IMG/VR virus record: IMGVR_UViG_3300028676_000031
Span: 1-26,298 of that record
Length of the DNA stretch: 26,298 bases
Strand: one strand, 5' to 3'
Source: a virus
Taxonomy: Duplodnaviria > Caudoviricetes
Notes under the pieces: generated by a model
What the model was told of the DNA's origin: nothing
The model's input: only the letters and a program-made list of their open reading frames with translations
Database searches by the model: none
Made by a program: the position numbers and the translations under genes
Shown here: positions 1-7,514 of the stretch, one piece after another
How positions within the stretch are numbered: the first letter of the stretch is position 1
How the letters are laid out: every line of letters starts with the position of its first letter

Positions 1-249
1 GTACATGGAGATTGTACTAATTGGAATAGAGTTGAATGTTACTATCATAAGAATTCTAGAGAATATGGTATGGAAGATTTAGATATAACTTTAAGAAAAA
101 GAGCAGGATATTATTTAATTATTGGAAGAAAAGGACAAAGAGCATTTGAAAGAAGTTATGATTCTATAGTTCATTATGATGAGGAGTTATTTAATGAGAT
201 AATCAAAGACCACAAGATGTTGTTTGAAATGTTGCTTAGTGGAATGTAG
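1..249 (+). CDS. hypothetical protein, 5'-truncated by the window edge
   Basis: Frame 1 is open from base 1 (VHGDCTNWNRVECYYHK...) to TAG at 247-249, followed by the RBS of the next gene. Confidence 0.7.
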   Translation, partial: VHGDCTNWNRVECYYHKNSREYGMEDLDITLRKRAGYYLIIGRKGQRAFERSYDSIVHYDEELFNEIIKDHKMLFEMLLSGM

Positions 250-265
250 AAAGGGGTGAAGTAAG

Positions 266-523
266 ATGGAAAATAAATTTCCAATACTAGGTTCAAAACC
301 AAAAGAGTATATCCCATTAGATATAATAAAACTACATGAAACACAAGCAATTAGAAACCATACCCAAACGTTGAAACGACTAGCTGAGCGTGGTGGTCTT
401 GGTTGGATTGAAGTCTTATGTGTCTTAGAGGATAGGGAGTATGATTTTCATACTAAATTAACCGAAATGTCTGCAAGAACTAAAGTATTAGAAATTATTA
501 ATTTATTAAATAGTGAGGTGTAA
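266..523 (+). CDS. phage hypothetical protein
   Basis: 85-aa ORF with RBS-like AAGGGGTG upstream; contains HETQAIRNHTQTLKRLAERGGL. Confidence 0.75.
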   Translation: MENKFPILGSKPKEYIPLDIIKLHETQAIRNHTQTLKRLAERGGLGWIEVLCVLEDREYDFHTKLTEMSARTKVLEIINLLNSEV

Positions 524-527
524 TGAT

Positions 528-881
528 ATGGAATTTGATAATATAGATGAGTTATTTGAACATATAAAACAAGAATGTCAAAAGAGTCTAGATGATATCA
601 CTCAAAAATATAAATTAAGCACTGACGATGAAGAAAAATTGGATTTATTGCTTAAGGAAATTATGAGTGATAATACATACGAAAGTAAAGTATATCGTGA
701 TTATTGTATAGTATTTGGCAATAGAGAATATGTAGATAATATTAGAATTAAAGTAGAACAAATAGATAGACCTAATGGAGCAGATGATGACGATATAATT
801 AGAGAATATGTGTTAAATAATTATGGTTATAGAGATTATGAAATTATTGAATTAGACATGTTGGAAAAGGTAATTCTATAA
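528..881 (+). CDS. hypothetical acidic protein
   Basis: ORF track 513-881; ATG at 528 is better placed after the GAGGTG RBS. Confidence 0.7.
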   Translation: MEFDNIDELFEHIKQECQKSLDDITQKYKLSTDDEEKLDLLLKEIMSDNTYESKVYRDYCIVFGNREYVDNIRIKVEQIDRPNGADDDDIIREYVLNNYGYRDYEIIELDMLEKVIL

Positions 882-996
882 TTATGTCTTGTTAAAAGAT
901 GTCTTTTAAAAGGATATGATTAACTGTAAAGGAGTGATATTATGGAATGGTGACATGGATAAGGAGTTAATCATAAAATAGAAAGGAAGAAATGTT

Positions 997-1252
997 ATGG
1001 ATGTTAAAAAAGAATTGTTAAAAATACATGTTTGATTTTACAATGAAAATAATAAATTTATTGATAAAAAAGGACGAAAGTAATAGAGAATTGATAGAAA
1101 AAGAATTATTTAAAATGATAAATAAGAAATAAAAAGAACATTTAGAGGAATTACAAAAATCAACAGAAGAATCAAGAAATTGGAATTTAAAAGATACAAA
1201 TTGCACAGGTGGGCAATTATCTCCAAGTAATGATAATATGTGGCTAAGATAA
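997..1252 (+). pseudogene. probable degraded small gene
   Basis: RBS GAAAGGAAG and ATG 997 give MDVKKELL. A +1 shift in the A-run near 1020-1024 continues KYMFDFTMK..., with an in-frame TAA at 1130-1132, and the frame then stays open to TAA 1250-1252. Confidence 0.45.
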
Positions 1253-1276
1253 AATTATAAATATATTTATAATTTT
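1251..1276. repeat. perfect 26-bp AT-only palindrome
   Basis: AAAATTATAAATATATTTATAATTTT equals its own reverse complement; it lies just upstream of TATAAT at 1282-1287. Confidence 0.8.
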
Positions 1277-1306
1277 TTGGTTATAATATACCTTGAGGTG
1301 ATATTT

Positions 1307-1501
1307 ATGGATTGGTTATTAATTTTAAATGTTATATTTGAGATAGTTTTATGTATCTCAATGTTGACTCAAAGTATAATCATGATTTACAAATTTTTTA
1401 TTAGTAAGCAAGAAATAACTGGTAAAGAGTTAGTTATTATAATGATGTTAAATACAATATCTCTTACACTTTCATATTTTACTCATATAAATAGGAGTTG
1501 A
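1307..1501 (+). CDS. small membrane protein with two hydrophobic segments
   Basis: ATG 1307 follows the GAGGTG RBS; two long hydrophobic stretches. Confidence 0.65.
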   Translation: MDWLLILNVIFEIVLCISMLTQSIIMIYKFFISKQEITGKELVIIMMLNTISLTLSYFTHINRS

Positions 1502-1505
1502 ATCT

Positions 1506-1937
1506 ATGAAAATAATTAATAATCAAAAGATAATAACTAATAAACAAATAGAAAAAGTATTAAAATTGACTAAATTTACTAAGCTAGATAAAATTAAATT
1601 AATTGTGCTAGAAAAGAAAACAGATATCAGTAAATCTAGATCACTATTGGATTATATCCGTTTCTTTTTAAACTATAATTGTGAAGGCTCTTATAATGAG
1701 AATACAGATAGTATTATATTAAAACTTTATAACCTAGAGGGTAATATTGAGGATAAAAGGTTATATGGAATAGGTGTTTTATTGCATGAATTAAAACATA
1801 GGGATGAGATTTTACTTACTGGAGATACAAATGAAAAATCTGCTGATAAATATGCTAAAAAGTTTTTGAATAATAATTCTAAAGCTATTAAAGATATACT
1901 AAAGTTAAAAGATGAATGGGAAATTGAAGATTTTTAA
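1506..1937 (+). CDS. putative HExxH zincin-like metallopeptidase
   Basis: VLLHELKH motif followed by E..AD.YA (NEKSADKYA), typical of minimal zincin/ImmA-IrrE-like domains. Confidence 0.55.
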   Translation: MKIINNQKIITNKQIEKVLKLTKFTKLDKIKLIVLEKKTDISKSRSLLDYIRFFLNYNCEGSYNENTDSIILKLYNLEGNIEDKRLYGIGVLLHELKHRDEILLTGDTNEKSADKYAKKFLNNNSKAIKDILKLKDEWEIEDF

Positions 1938-1975
1938 GTAGATGGAATAGTAAAAAATAGGAGGAGTGTTGAATT

Positions 1976-2359
1976 ATGAATCAAGGAATATTATATACAA
2001 GTTATTTTGCTAAATTTAAAAAGGGGATAGGTGATAAAATATCTATAGCTAGGTTTAATCCTAAGTGGTTAAATAGTAATGAATTATTTGCATGGTGTAC
2101 AAGTTTAGCACCTAGTAAGGAACTATTAAATGATTATAAGTATAAAGGCATATCTTGGAACGAATATACTGAAAGATATAATAATGAAATTAAGAATTCA
2201 GAACAGGCTCAATTTGATATCAGCAGTATTTGTACTAGACTAATTTTAGGGCATGATATTACTTTATATTGCTATGAGAAGTCTATAGATAATTGTCATA
2301 GATATTTATTAGCTGAGATATTTAAAGAAAAGGGAATTGAAGTTAAAGAAATCATATAA
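1976..2359 (+). CDS. DUF488-like protein
   Basis: Motifs YTSYF, ISIAR, LAPSxxLL, W.EY..RY and LYCYEK...CHR; strong RBS AGGAGG. Confidence 0.6.
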   Translation: MNQGILYTSYFAKFKKGIGDKISIARFNPKWLNSNELFAWCTSLAPSKELLNDYKYKGISWNEYTERYNNEIKNSEQAQFDISSICTRLILGHDITLYCYEKSIDNCHRYLLAEIFKEKGIEVKEII

Positions 2360-2363
2360 AAAC

Positions 2364-2413
2364 AAAATATATAAAATAAAAGTATTGACTTATATAAATT
2401 TTGGTAGTAAACT
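2364..2413 (+). promoter_or_regulatory. sigma-A-like promoter with upstream AAAATATATAAAAT box
   Basis: Box 2364-2377; TTGACT 2385-2390; 17-nt spacer; TAAACT 2408-2413. Confidence 0.75.
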
Positions 2414-2461
2414 AAGAATGTACCAAACAATAAAATATAATAAATAAAGGAGAGAATAAAA

Positions 2462-2686
2462 ATGAATGAATTACAATTTGAAATAACAGGAATATCAATG
2501 GAAAGGAGAATTAATGGAGATACAACTATTGATGCAATATGTGTTGAAAACAGTTTTCCAATACATATAAAAATACCATCATCATTAACTACTAAGGATT
2601 ATATTAAAAAAGAATTACATAAGAAATACTTCAAGCAATTAAATACTAATGATAGAATACAAGTTAATGTAGGAGATATTATATAA
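2462..2686 (+). CDS. hypothetical protein
   Basis: 74-aa ORF with AAGGAG RBS, directly downstream of a promoter. Confidence 0.7.
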   Translation: MNELQFEITGISMERRINGDTTIDAICVENSFPIHIKIPSSLTTKDYIKKELHKKYFKQLNTNDRIQVNVGDII

Positions 2687-2688
2687 AC

Positions 2689-2770
2689 AAAATATATAAA
2701 ATGGTTGACGTTGGATAGTAAATAAATTATACTAAAATAAGTGGTAGAGAACAACAACTTTACCACTTAT
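2689..2770 (+). promoter_or_regulatory. sigma-A-like promoter with AT box and +1 stem-loop
   Basis: Box 2689-2702; TTGACG 2705-2710; 17 nt; TATACT 2728-2733; 13-bp hairpin 2737-2770 (ATAAGTGGTAGAG/CTTTACCACTTAT). Confidence 0.75.
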
Positions 2771-2973
2771 ATATAAGAAAGTCACAAATATTGAAAAGCT
2801 ACAGGCTAGTGATAGCCACATTTTAAAAATGTAATAAGTTGGTAAAAGGTATGTTTTATGTAAACTAAAATAAATTATAATTAATATGTTTTGTTGAGTA
2901 ACTAATACTCATGGATGCTAAACAAAGTATATTATATACTTAATAAAATACATATAATAAAGGAGAGATAATA

Positions 2974-3462
2974 ATGAAACAGTCAATTAGAAGAAATGTA
3001 TTTGAAACCAATTCAAGTAGTACACATTCATTATGTGTAACAAAAAATAATATTCTAGATCAAAAACAAGAATCACTTAATTTTTCAATAGGAGAATTTG
3101 GTTGGGAGGAAAACACTTTAGATAGTCCTTCAGAAAAAGCTTCATATTTATATACTGCAATATTAGTTTGTGATGGTAAAATGGATTGCTTAGAATCAGT
3201 TAAAAATGCATTAAATAATAATGGTATAGAATATGAATTTGAAGAACCAAATTTTGATGACGAATATAGATACTTGAACAATGGTTACATTGACCATTCA
3301 GGAGAAATATATGATTTTCTAGACATATGCAATGATGAAGATAAAATTATGAGATTCTTATTCTCATCTGAAAGTTTTATATTAACTGGAAATGATAACG
3401 CTGATTCAGATGTAGAAATTAATGTAGACTATGATCATGAAGAATATTATAAGGGCAATTAA
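2974..3462 (+). CDS. acidic protein with N-terminal RxNVFETNSSSTHSL motif (copy 1)
   Basis: 162-aa ORF with AAGGAG RBS; the motif is shared with the next gene. Confidence 0.85.
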   Translation: MKQSIRRNVFETNSSSTHSLCVTKNNILDQKQESLNFSIGEFGWEENTLDSPSEKASYLYTAILVCDGKMDCLESVKNALNNNGIEYEFEEPNFDDEYRYLNNGYIDHSGEIYDFLDICNDEDKIMRFLFSSESFILTGNDNADSDVEINVDYDHEEYYKGN

Positions 3463-3475
3463 AGGAGGAATTAAA

Positions 3476-3823
3476 ATGTTAAAATCAGTAAGACTTAATG
3501 TATTTGAAACAAATAGTAGTTCAACTCATAGTTTAACTTTGGTATCAAAAGAGGATTATGAAGCGTGGAAGAATGGAGAATACTTAATAGATGAAGGAGA
3601 TGACCTTGTTACAAAAGAGCAAGCTATCAAAGAATTAAAAGAAGATTATCCAGATAAAGATTTTGACAATGAAGATGTAGTCAATGAACTTTTAGAAGAT
3701 TATTGTTTTAAAACAAATAAAGAATACTTTAATGATGAATATTTAGAAACTTTTACAACTAGATATACGTCAAAAAGTGGTGATGAAGTTGTGGCTTTTG
3801 GTAAATATGGCTATGAAGGTTAA
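3476..3823 (+). CDS. acidic protein with N-terminal RxNVFETNSSSTHSL motif (copy 2)
   Basis: ATG 3476 follows AAAGGAGG, which aligns its N-terminus (MLKSVRLNVFETNSSSTHSL) with that of copy 1; 115 aa. Confidence 0.85.
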   Translation: MLKSVRLNVFETNSSSTHSLTLVSKEDYEAWKNGEYLIDEGDDLVTKEQAIKELKEDYPDKDFDNEDVVNELLEDYCFKTNKEYFNDEYLETFTTRYTSKSGDEVVAFGKYGYEG

Positions 3824-3861
3824 AATACATAAATAAATAAAATAGAATAGAGGGATTTATA

Positions 3862-4755
3862 ATGAATAATAAATGGGTTAAATATGAAAATGGAAACTAT
3901 ACAGTTAAATTCAACTTAGAAAATGGGACAAAGATTAGAGAGACAGAAGATAATGAATTTATATCAGCTTTTCCAGAATGTATAGATTTAAAAATAACAA
4001 ATCAATGTGATATGGGTTGTAAATATTGTCATGAAGACTCAACTATTGATGGATTGCATGGAGATGTCTTAAATTCAGAATTTATAAATACTTTGAAACC
4101 TTATACAGAACTTGCTCTAGGTGGTGGAAATGTATTAACTCATCCAAATTTAATTGAATTTTTAAAAGTGCTTAAATCCAAAAATATTATTGCAAATATA
4201 ACAATAAATCAAAAGCATTTTATATCTAGTAAAGATACAATTAAGTATATCGTAGATAATGATTTAATCAAAGGATTAGGAGTTTCATTAATATCTCCAA
4301 CTGATGAATTTGTTGAATTGATTAAACAATATCCTAATGCAGTAATTCATGTAATAAATGGAATTGTACCAATAGAAGACTTACAAAAATTATATGACAA
4401 CAATTTAAAATTACTAATTCTAGGATACAAAGTCTTCAGACGTGGGAAAGATTACTATTCCCCTGTTGTAGAAAGCAATAAACAAATTATATATGATAGT
4501 ATATGTGATATTATTAAAGGATTTAAAGTGGTTAGTTTTGATAACCTAGCTATTAAACAAATTGATGTTAGAAGAATATTCACAAATAAAGGTTGGAATG
4601 AATTTTATATGGGTGATGATGGACAATTTACAATGTATATTGATCTAGTAAAGAAACATTTCGCTAGAAGTTCAGTTTCAGTTCAAAGATATGATATATT
4701 AAATAACATTGAAGATATGTTTAGCATAGTAAAGAATGAGAAATCAGATAAATAA
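3862..4755 (+). CDS. radical SAM domain protein
   Basis: CxxxCxxC (CDMGCKYC) followed by H; ALGGG motif; NITIN strand; no C-terminal Cys cluster (no SPASM/Twitch). Confidence 0.9.
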   Translation: MNNKWVKYENGNYTVKFNLENGTKIRETEDNEFISAFPECIDLKITNQCDMGCKYCHEDSTIDGLHGDVLNSEFINTLKPYTELALGGGNVLTHPNLIEFLKVLKSKNIIANITINQKHFISSKDTIKYIVDNDLIKGLGVSLISPTDEFVELIKQYPNAVIHVINGIVPIEDLQKLYDNNLKLLILGYKVFRRGKDYYSPVVESNKQIIYDSICDIIKGFKVVSFDNLAIKQIDVRRIFTNKGWNEFYMGDDGQFTMYIDLVKKHFARSSVSVQRYDILNNIEDMFSIVKNEKSDK

Positions 4756-4758
4756 AAC

Positions 4759-4806
4759 AAATTATATAAAATAAGAGTTGACAAGGAAATTTCAATATGC
4801 TAAAAT
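4759..4806 (+). promoter_or_regulatory. sigma-A-like promoter with AT box
   Basis: AAATTATATAAAAT 4759-4772; TTGACA 4778-4783; 17 nt; TG-n-TAAAAT 4801-4806; weak hairpin at about 4814-4837. Confidence 0.75.
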
Positions 4807-4878
4807 ACAAATAGTGGTTGAGTTTCCAAGTCAACACAATACATAAGTATATAAATAGTCTGTTTTATCGAAAATGAT

Positions 4879-4925
4879 AAAATATATAAAATAAGGTTGA
4901 CAAGTTTGGTAAATGATGCTAAACT
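4879..4925 (+). promoter_or_regulatory. sigma-A-like promoter of rtcB with AT box
   Basis: Box 4879-4892; TTGACA 4897-4902; 17 nt; TG-n-TAAACT 4920-4925. Confidence 0.8.
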
Positions 4926-4994
4926 AAGAATAGTTAATAAATAAAACTTAAATACATAACTAAACAAATTATAATAAATACAGAGGTGATATAG

Positions 4995-6185
4995 ATGATT
5001 GAATTAAATGGTAAATATAATACTGCAAAAGTTTTTACTGATAATGTAGAACAAACTGCAATTAGTCAAATAATAGAATTGTGTAGTCAAGAATTTGTTA
5101 AAGATTCAAAAATTAGAATTATGCCTGATACACACGCTGGTGCAGGATGTACTATAGGAACTACAATGACAATTCAAGATAAAATTGTTCCTAATCTTGT
5201 AGGAGTAGATATTGGATGTGGAATGTATACTATTAAGCTAAAAGAGAAAGAAATAGATTTTCAAAAACTAGATGACACAATTAGAAAATATGTTCCTAGT
5301 GGTCAAAACATAAGAAAAGCAGAACATAAGCTAGTTGATAAAATTAATTTAAAAGAACTAAAATGTTTCAAGTATATAAATGATGATAGAGCATTAAAAA
5401 GTATAGGAACTTTAGGTGGTGGAAATCACTTTATAGAAGTTGATAAAGACGAACAGGATAACTTATATTTAGTAATTCATAGTGGATCAAGATATTTAGG
5501 AAAACAAGTAGCAGAACATTATCAAGAGTTAGGATATAAGAAACTAACAGAGAATAGAGAATCAAGAGAAAAATTAATCAATAAGCTTAAATCAGAAGGA
5601 AGAGAAAAGGATATTAAATCTGAATTAGCTAAAATTCCAACTACTAAAATTAATAAACAATTAGCATATATTGAAGGAGAAGATTTAAGTAATTATCTAA
5701 ATGATATGAAAATAACTCAATACTATGCTGAATTAAATAGAATAGCAATGGCAACTGAAATATTAAAGAACATGAATTTATATGAAGTTGAATCATTTAC
5801 TACTATTCATAATTATATTGATGTAGAAACTAAAATATTAAGAAAAGGTGCAATATCTGCTAATAAAGATGAAAAAGTTATTATACCTATCAATATGAGA
5901 GATGGAAGTTTAATTTGTATAGGTAAAGGAAATGAAGATTGGAATAATTCTGCACCTCATGGAGCTGGACGTATATTGTCAAGAAGTAAAGCTAATGAGA
6001 AAGTTACATTAGAAGAATTTCAAGATAGCATGAAAGATATATGGACTACTTCAGTATGTCAATCTACAGTTGATGAAAGTCCAATGGCATATAAACCTAT
6101 GCAAGAAATAATTGATAATATTCAAGATACTGTTAATATAGTAGATATTATTAAACCATTATATAATTTTAAGGCTAACAGTTAG
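4995..6185 (+). CDS. rtcB: RtcB family RNA ligase (3'-phosphate/5'-OH)
   Basis: MPDTHAGAGCTIG, GVDIGCG, GTLGGGNHFIE, HSGSR, HNY, RKGA, SAPHGAGR and DESPMAYK motifs all present. Confidence 0.95.
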   Translation: MIELNGKYNTAKVFTDNVEQTAISQIIELCSQEFVKDSKIRIMPDTHAGAGCTIGTTMTIQDKIVPNLVGVDIGCGMYTIKLKEKEIDFQKLDDTIRKYVPSGQNIRKAEHKLVDKINLKELKCFKYINDDRALKSIGTLGGGNHFIEVDKDEQDNLYLVIHSGSRYLGKQVAEHYQELGYKKLTENRESREKLINKLKSEGREKDIKSELAKIPTTKINKQLAYIEGEDLSNYLNDMKITQYYAELNRIAMATEILKNMNLYEVESFTTIHNYIDVETKILRKGAISANKDEKVIIPINMRDGSLICIGKGNEDWNNSAPHGAGRILSRSKANEKVTLEEFQDSMKDIWTTSVCQSTVDESPMAYKPMQEIIDNIQDTVNIVDIIKPLYNFKANS

Positions 6186-6210
6186 AAAGAGATAATTAAG
6201 TCTCTTTCTA
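6183..6210 (+). terminator. stem-loop after rtcB (possible terminator or stabiliser)
   Basis: TAGAAAGAGA / TCTCTTTCTA 10-bp stem with an 8-nt loop; no U-tract. Confidence 0.5.
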
Positions 6211-6228
6211 CAATATAAATCAAATGAT

Positions 6229-6275
6229 AAAATATATAAAATAAGCTTGACTTAATTAGTAGATAATGTTAAACT
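6229..6275 (+). promoter_or_regulatory. sigma-A-like promoter with AT box (near-duplicate of the rtcB promoter)
   Basis: Box 6229-6242; TTGACT 6247-6252; 17 nt; TG-n-TAAACT 6270-6275. Confidence 0.8.
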
Positions 6276-6319
6276 AAGAAAGTAGTAACAAGTAAGTAAA
6301 GAATACATATAAAAAACAG

Positions 6320-6464
6320 TTTGCTTAAAAGAGTAGAAATACTCTAACGAATTTCATGGAGTTTATCGCCTCCAATAATGGCTAGATATTAATGACTGGT
6401 ACTTATTAATATCGGAGGGTGTAAGAGTTAAGATGGCTAAACTTAACCTACTCTTTTAAGCAAA
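6320..6464 (+). ncRNA. candidate structured ncRNA or cis-regulatory leader
   Basis: Perfect 17-bp terminal inverted repeat (6320-6336/6448-6464) enclosing three hairpins; located about 45 nt downstream of a promoter -10 box. Confidence 0.55.
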
Positions 6465-6513
6465 TTTAAAAAGCTTAAATAATAAAATATATATAATAAA
6501 GGAGAAATGAAAG

Positions 6514-7188
6514 ATGAATATGAACAAAATTGAGGGAACTGCATTTATTAGTTATGACATGAGTGGGAGCATAGACAATGAAAAGCAAGCTTATTACAAA
6601 AAGGTTTACGATTATTACAATAATCTATATAAAAATGTAAAAGTTATAAAACACACAACTGTAGGTAAATTTTCAGACATTGATGACATACTAAATAATT
6701 CAGAATCAGGTGGTACATATATTTCATCGGGGCTTAAATTAGCAGTTGGAGAAGTTTTAGCAAGATGTAATTCATTAGATAAAGTTATATTATGTGGAGA
6801 TGGAGATAACTGGAGTGAAGATAATGACAGAGTATTAAATTTAATAGGAATTTTAAATGACTATTGCAAAATAGATTATCTTGAGTTTTTACCTTGTACA
6901 TATTCAACTACAATGTATGACAAATTAAGAAAAATATACACAGTAGCAGAGAGTGATAATATTAAACTATATAAGATAACAGATAAGGAACAAGATATAT
7001 TCGGAAAGAAATTAGCACCTAGAAAAGAGTCTTTCAATATAGCTATTCATATAGATGGAAATAAAACTATTGCTAAAACTATGGATGGAAAAGTGGGAAT
7101 AGCTACATGTAACCCAAATGATGAATATAATAGAGAAGAAGGAATTAGAGTTGCAGTTAGTAGATTGTTAGAAATTAAAACTTTCTAA
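6514..7188 (+). CDS. vWA/MIDAS protein resembling the C-terminal domain of YhbH/YeaH (DUF444), plus a short C-terminal domain
   Basis: DMSGS (DxSxS MIDAS), HTT, ESGGTYISS and GDGDNWSEDN motifs; C-terminal GIATCNPNDEYNREEGIRVAVSR. Confidence 0.7.
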   Translation: MNMNKIEGTAFISYDMSGSIDNEKQAYYKKVYDYYNNLYKNVKVIKHTTVGKFSDIDDILNNSESGGTYISSGLKLAVGEVLARCNSLDKVILCGDGDNWSEDNDRVLNLIGILNDYCKIDYLEFLPCTYSTTMYDKLRKIYTVAESDNIKLYKITDKEQDIFGKKLAPRKESFNIAIHIDGNKTIAKTMDGKVGIATCNPNDEYNREEGIRVAVSRLLEIKTF

Positions 7189-7514
7189 AACAATAATTCA
7201 CTCTATAATCGCTTTAAATCATTAAAAACTGAAAATATTAGAAATTACAACTTAAAATGAATTATAGAGGAAATTAGAAAAAATGGACAAGATTTAAGAA
7301 ATTCTAAAAACAAGAATGGCTTAAACAGGGCGTTTCAAAATTGAAAAAGCAGTTAAAAGAATAATTTTATAAGGACTTAATAAAATATAGAATATCAAAA
7401 TTAGTTTAAATTGCATTAAGTTTAACTCGAGAAGTTAAAATGCGTAAATAATAAATTATATAAAAACAAACAAATTATAAGGGTGACGTCCAACGTCAGA
7501 AGGAGAGAAATATT

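Noticed and set aside
2775-2835. c-di-GMP-I riboswitch (AAAGCTACAGG...AGCCA resemblance)
   Set aside because: The GCAAA-P2(GAAA)-GACGC portion is absent; only short hairpins are present.
3431-3475. Upstream start of ORF 3431-3823
   Set aside because: It overlaps the previous gene; ATG 3476 has a strong RBS and aligns the shared N-terminal motif.
2364-6280. CRISPR-like repeat array
   Set aside because: The repeats are promoter modules separated by whole genes, not regularly spaced repeats with 30-40 nt spacers.
6340-6428. Twister or hammerhead ribozyme (CTAAC...GGAGGG resemblance)
   Set aside because: It lacks the twister P4/pseudoknot residues and the hammerhead CUGANGA core on either strand.
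6320-6464. Retron msr-msd (terminal inverted repeats) interpretation
   Set aside because: There is no reverse transcriptase in the window, and the neighbouring genes are RtcB and a vWA protein.
6320-7188. Canonical Ro60/Y-RNA/RtcB operon, or a tRNA gene
   Set aside because: The vWA protein has no TROVE domain, and the RNA has no TTC-type T-loop or CCA end; only a loose analogy is retained.
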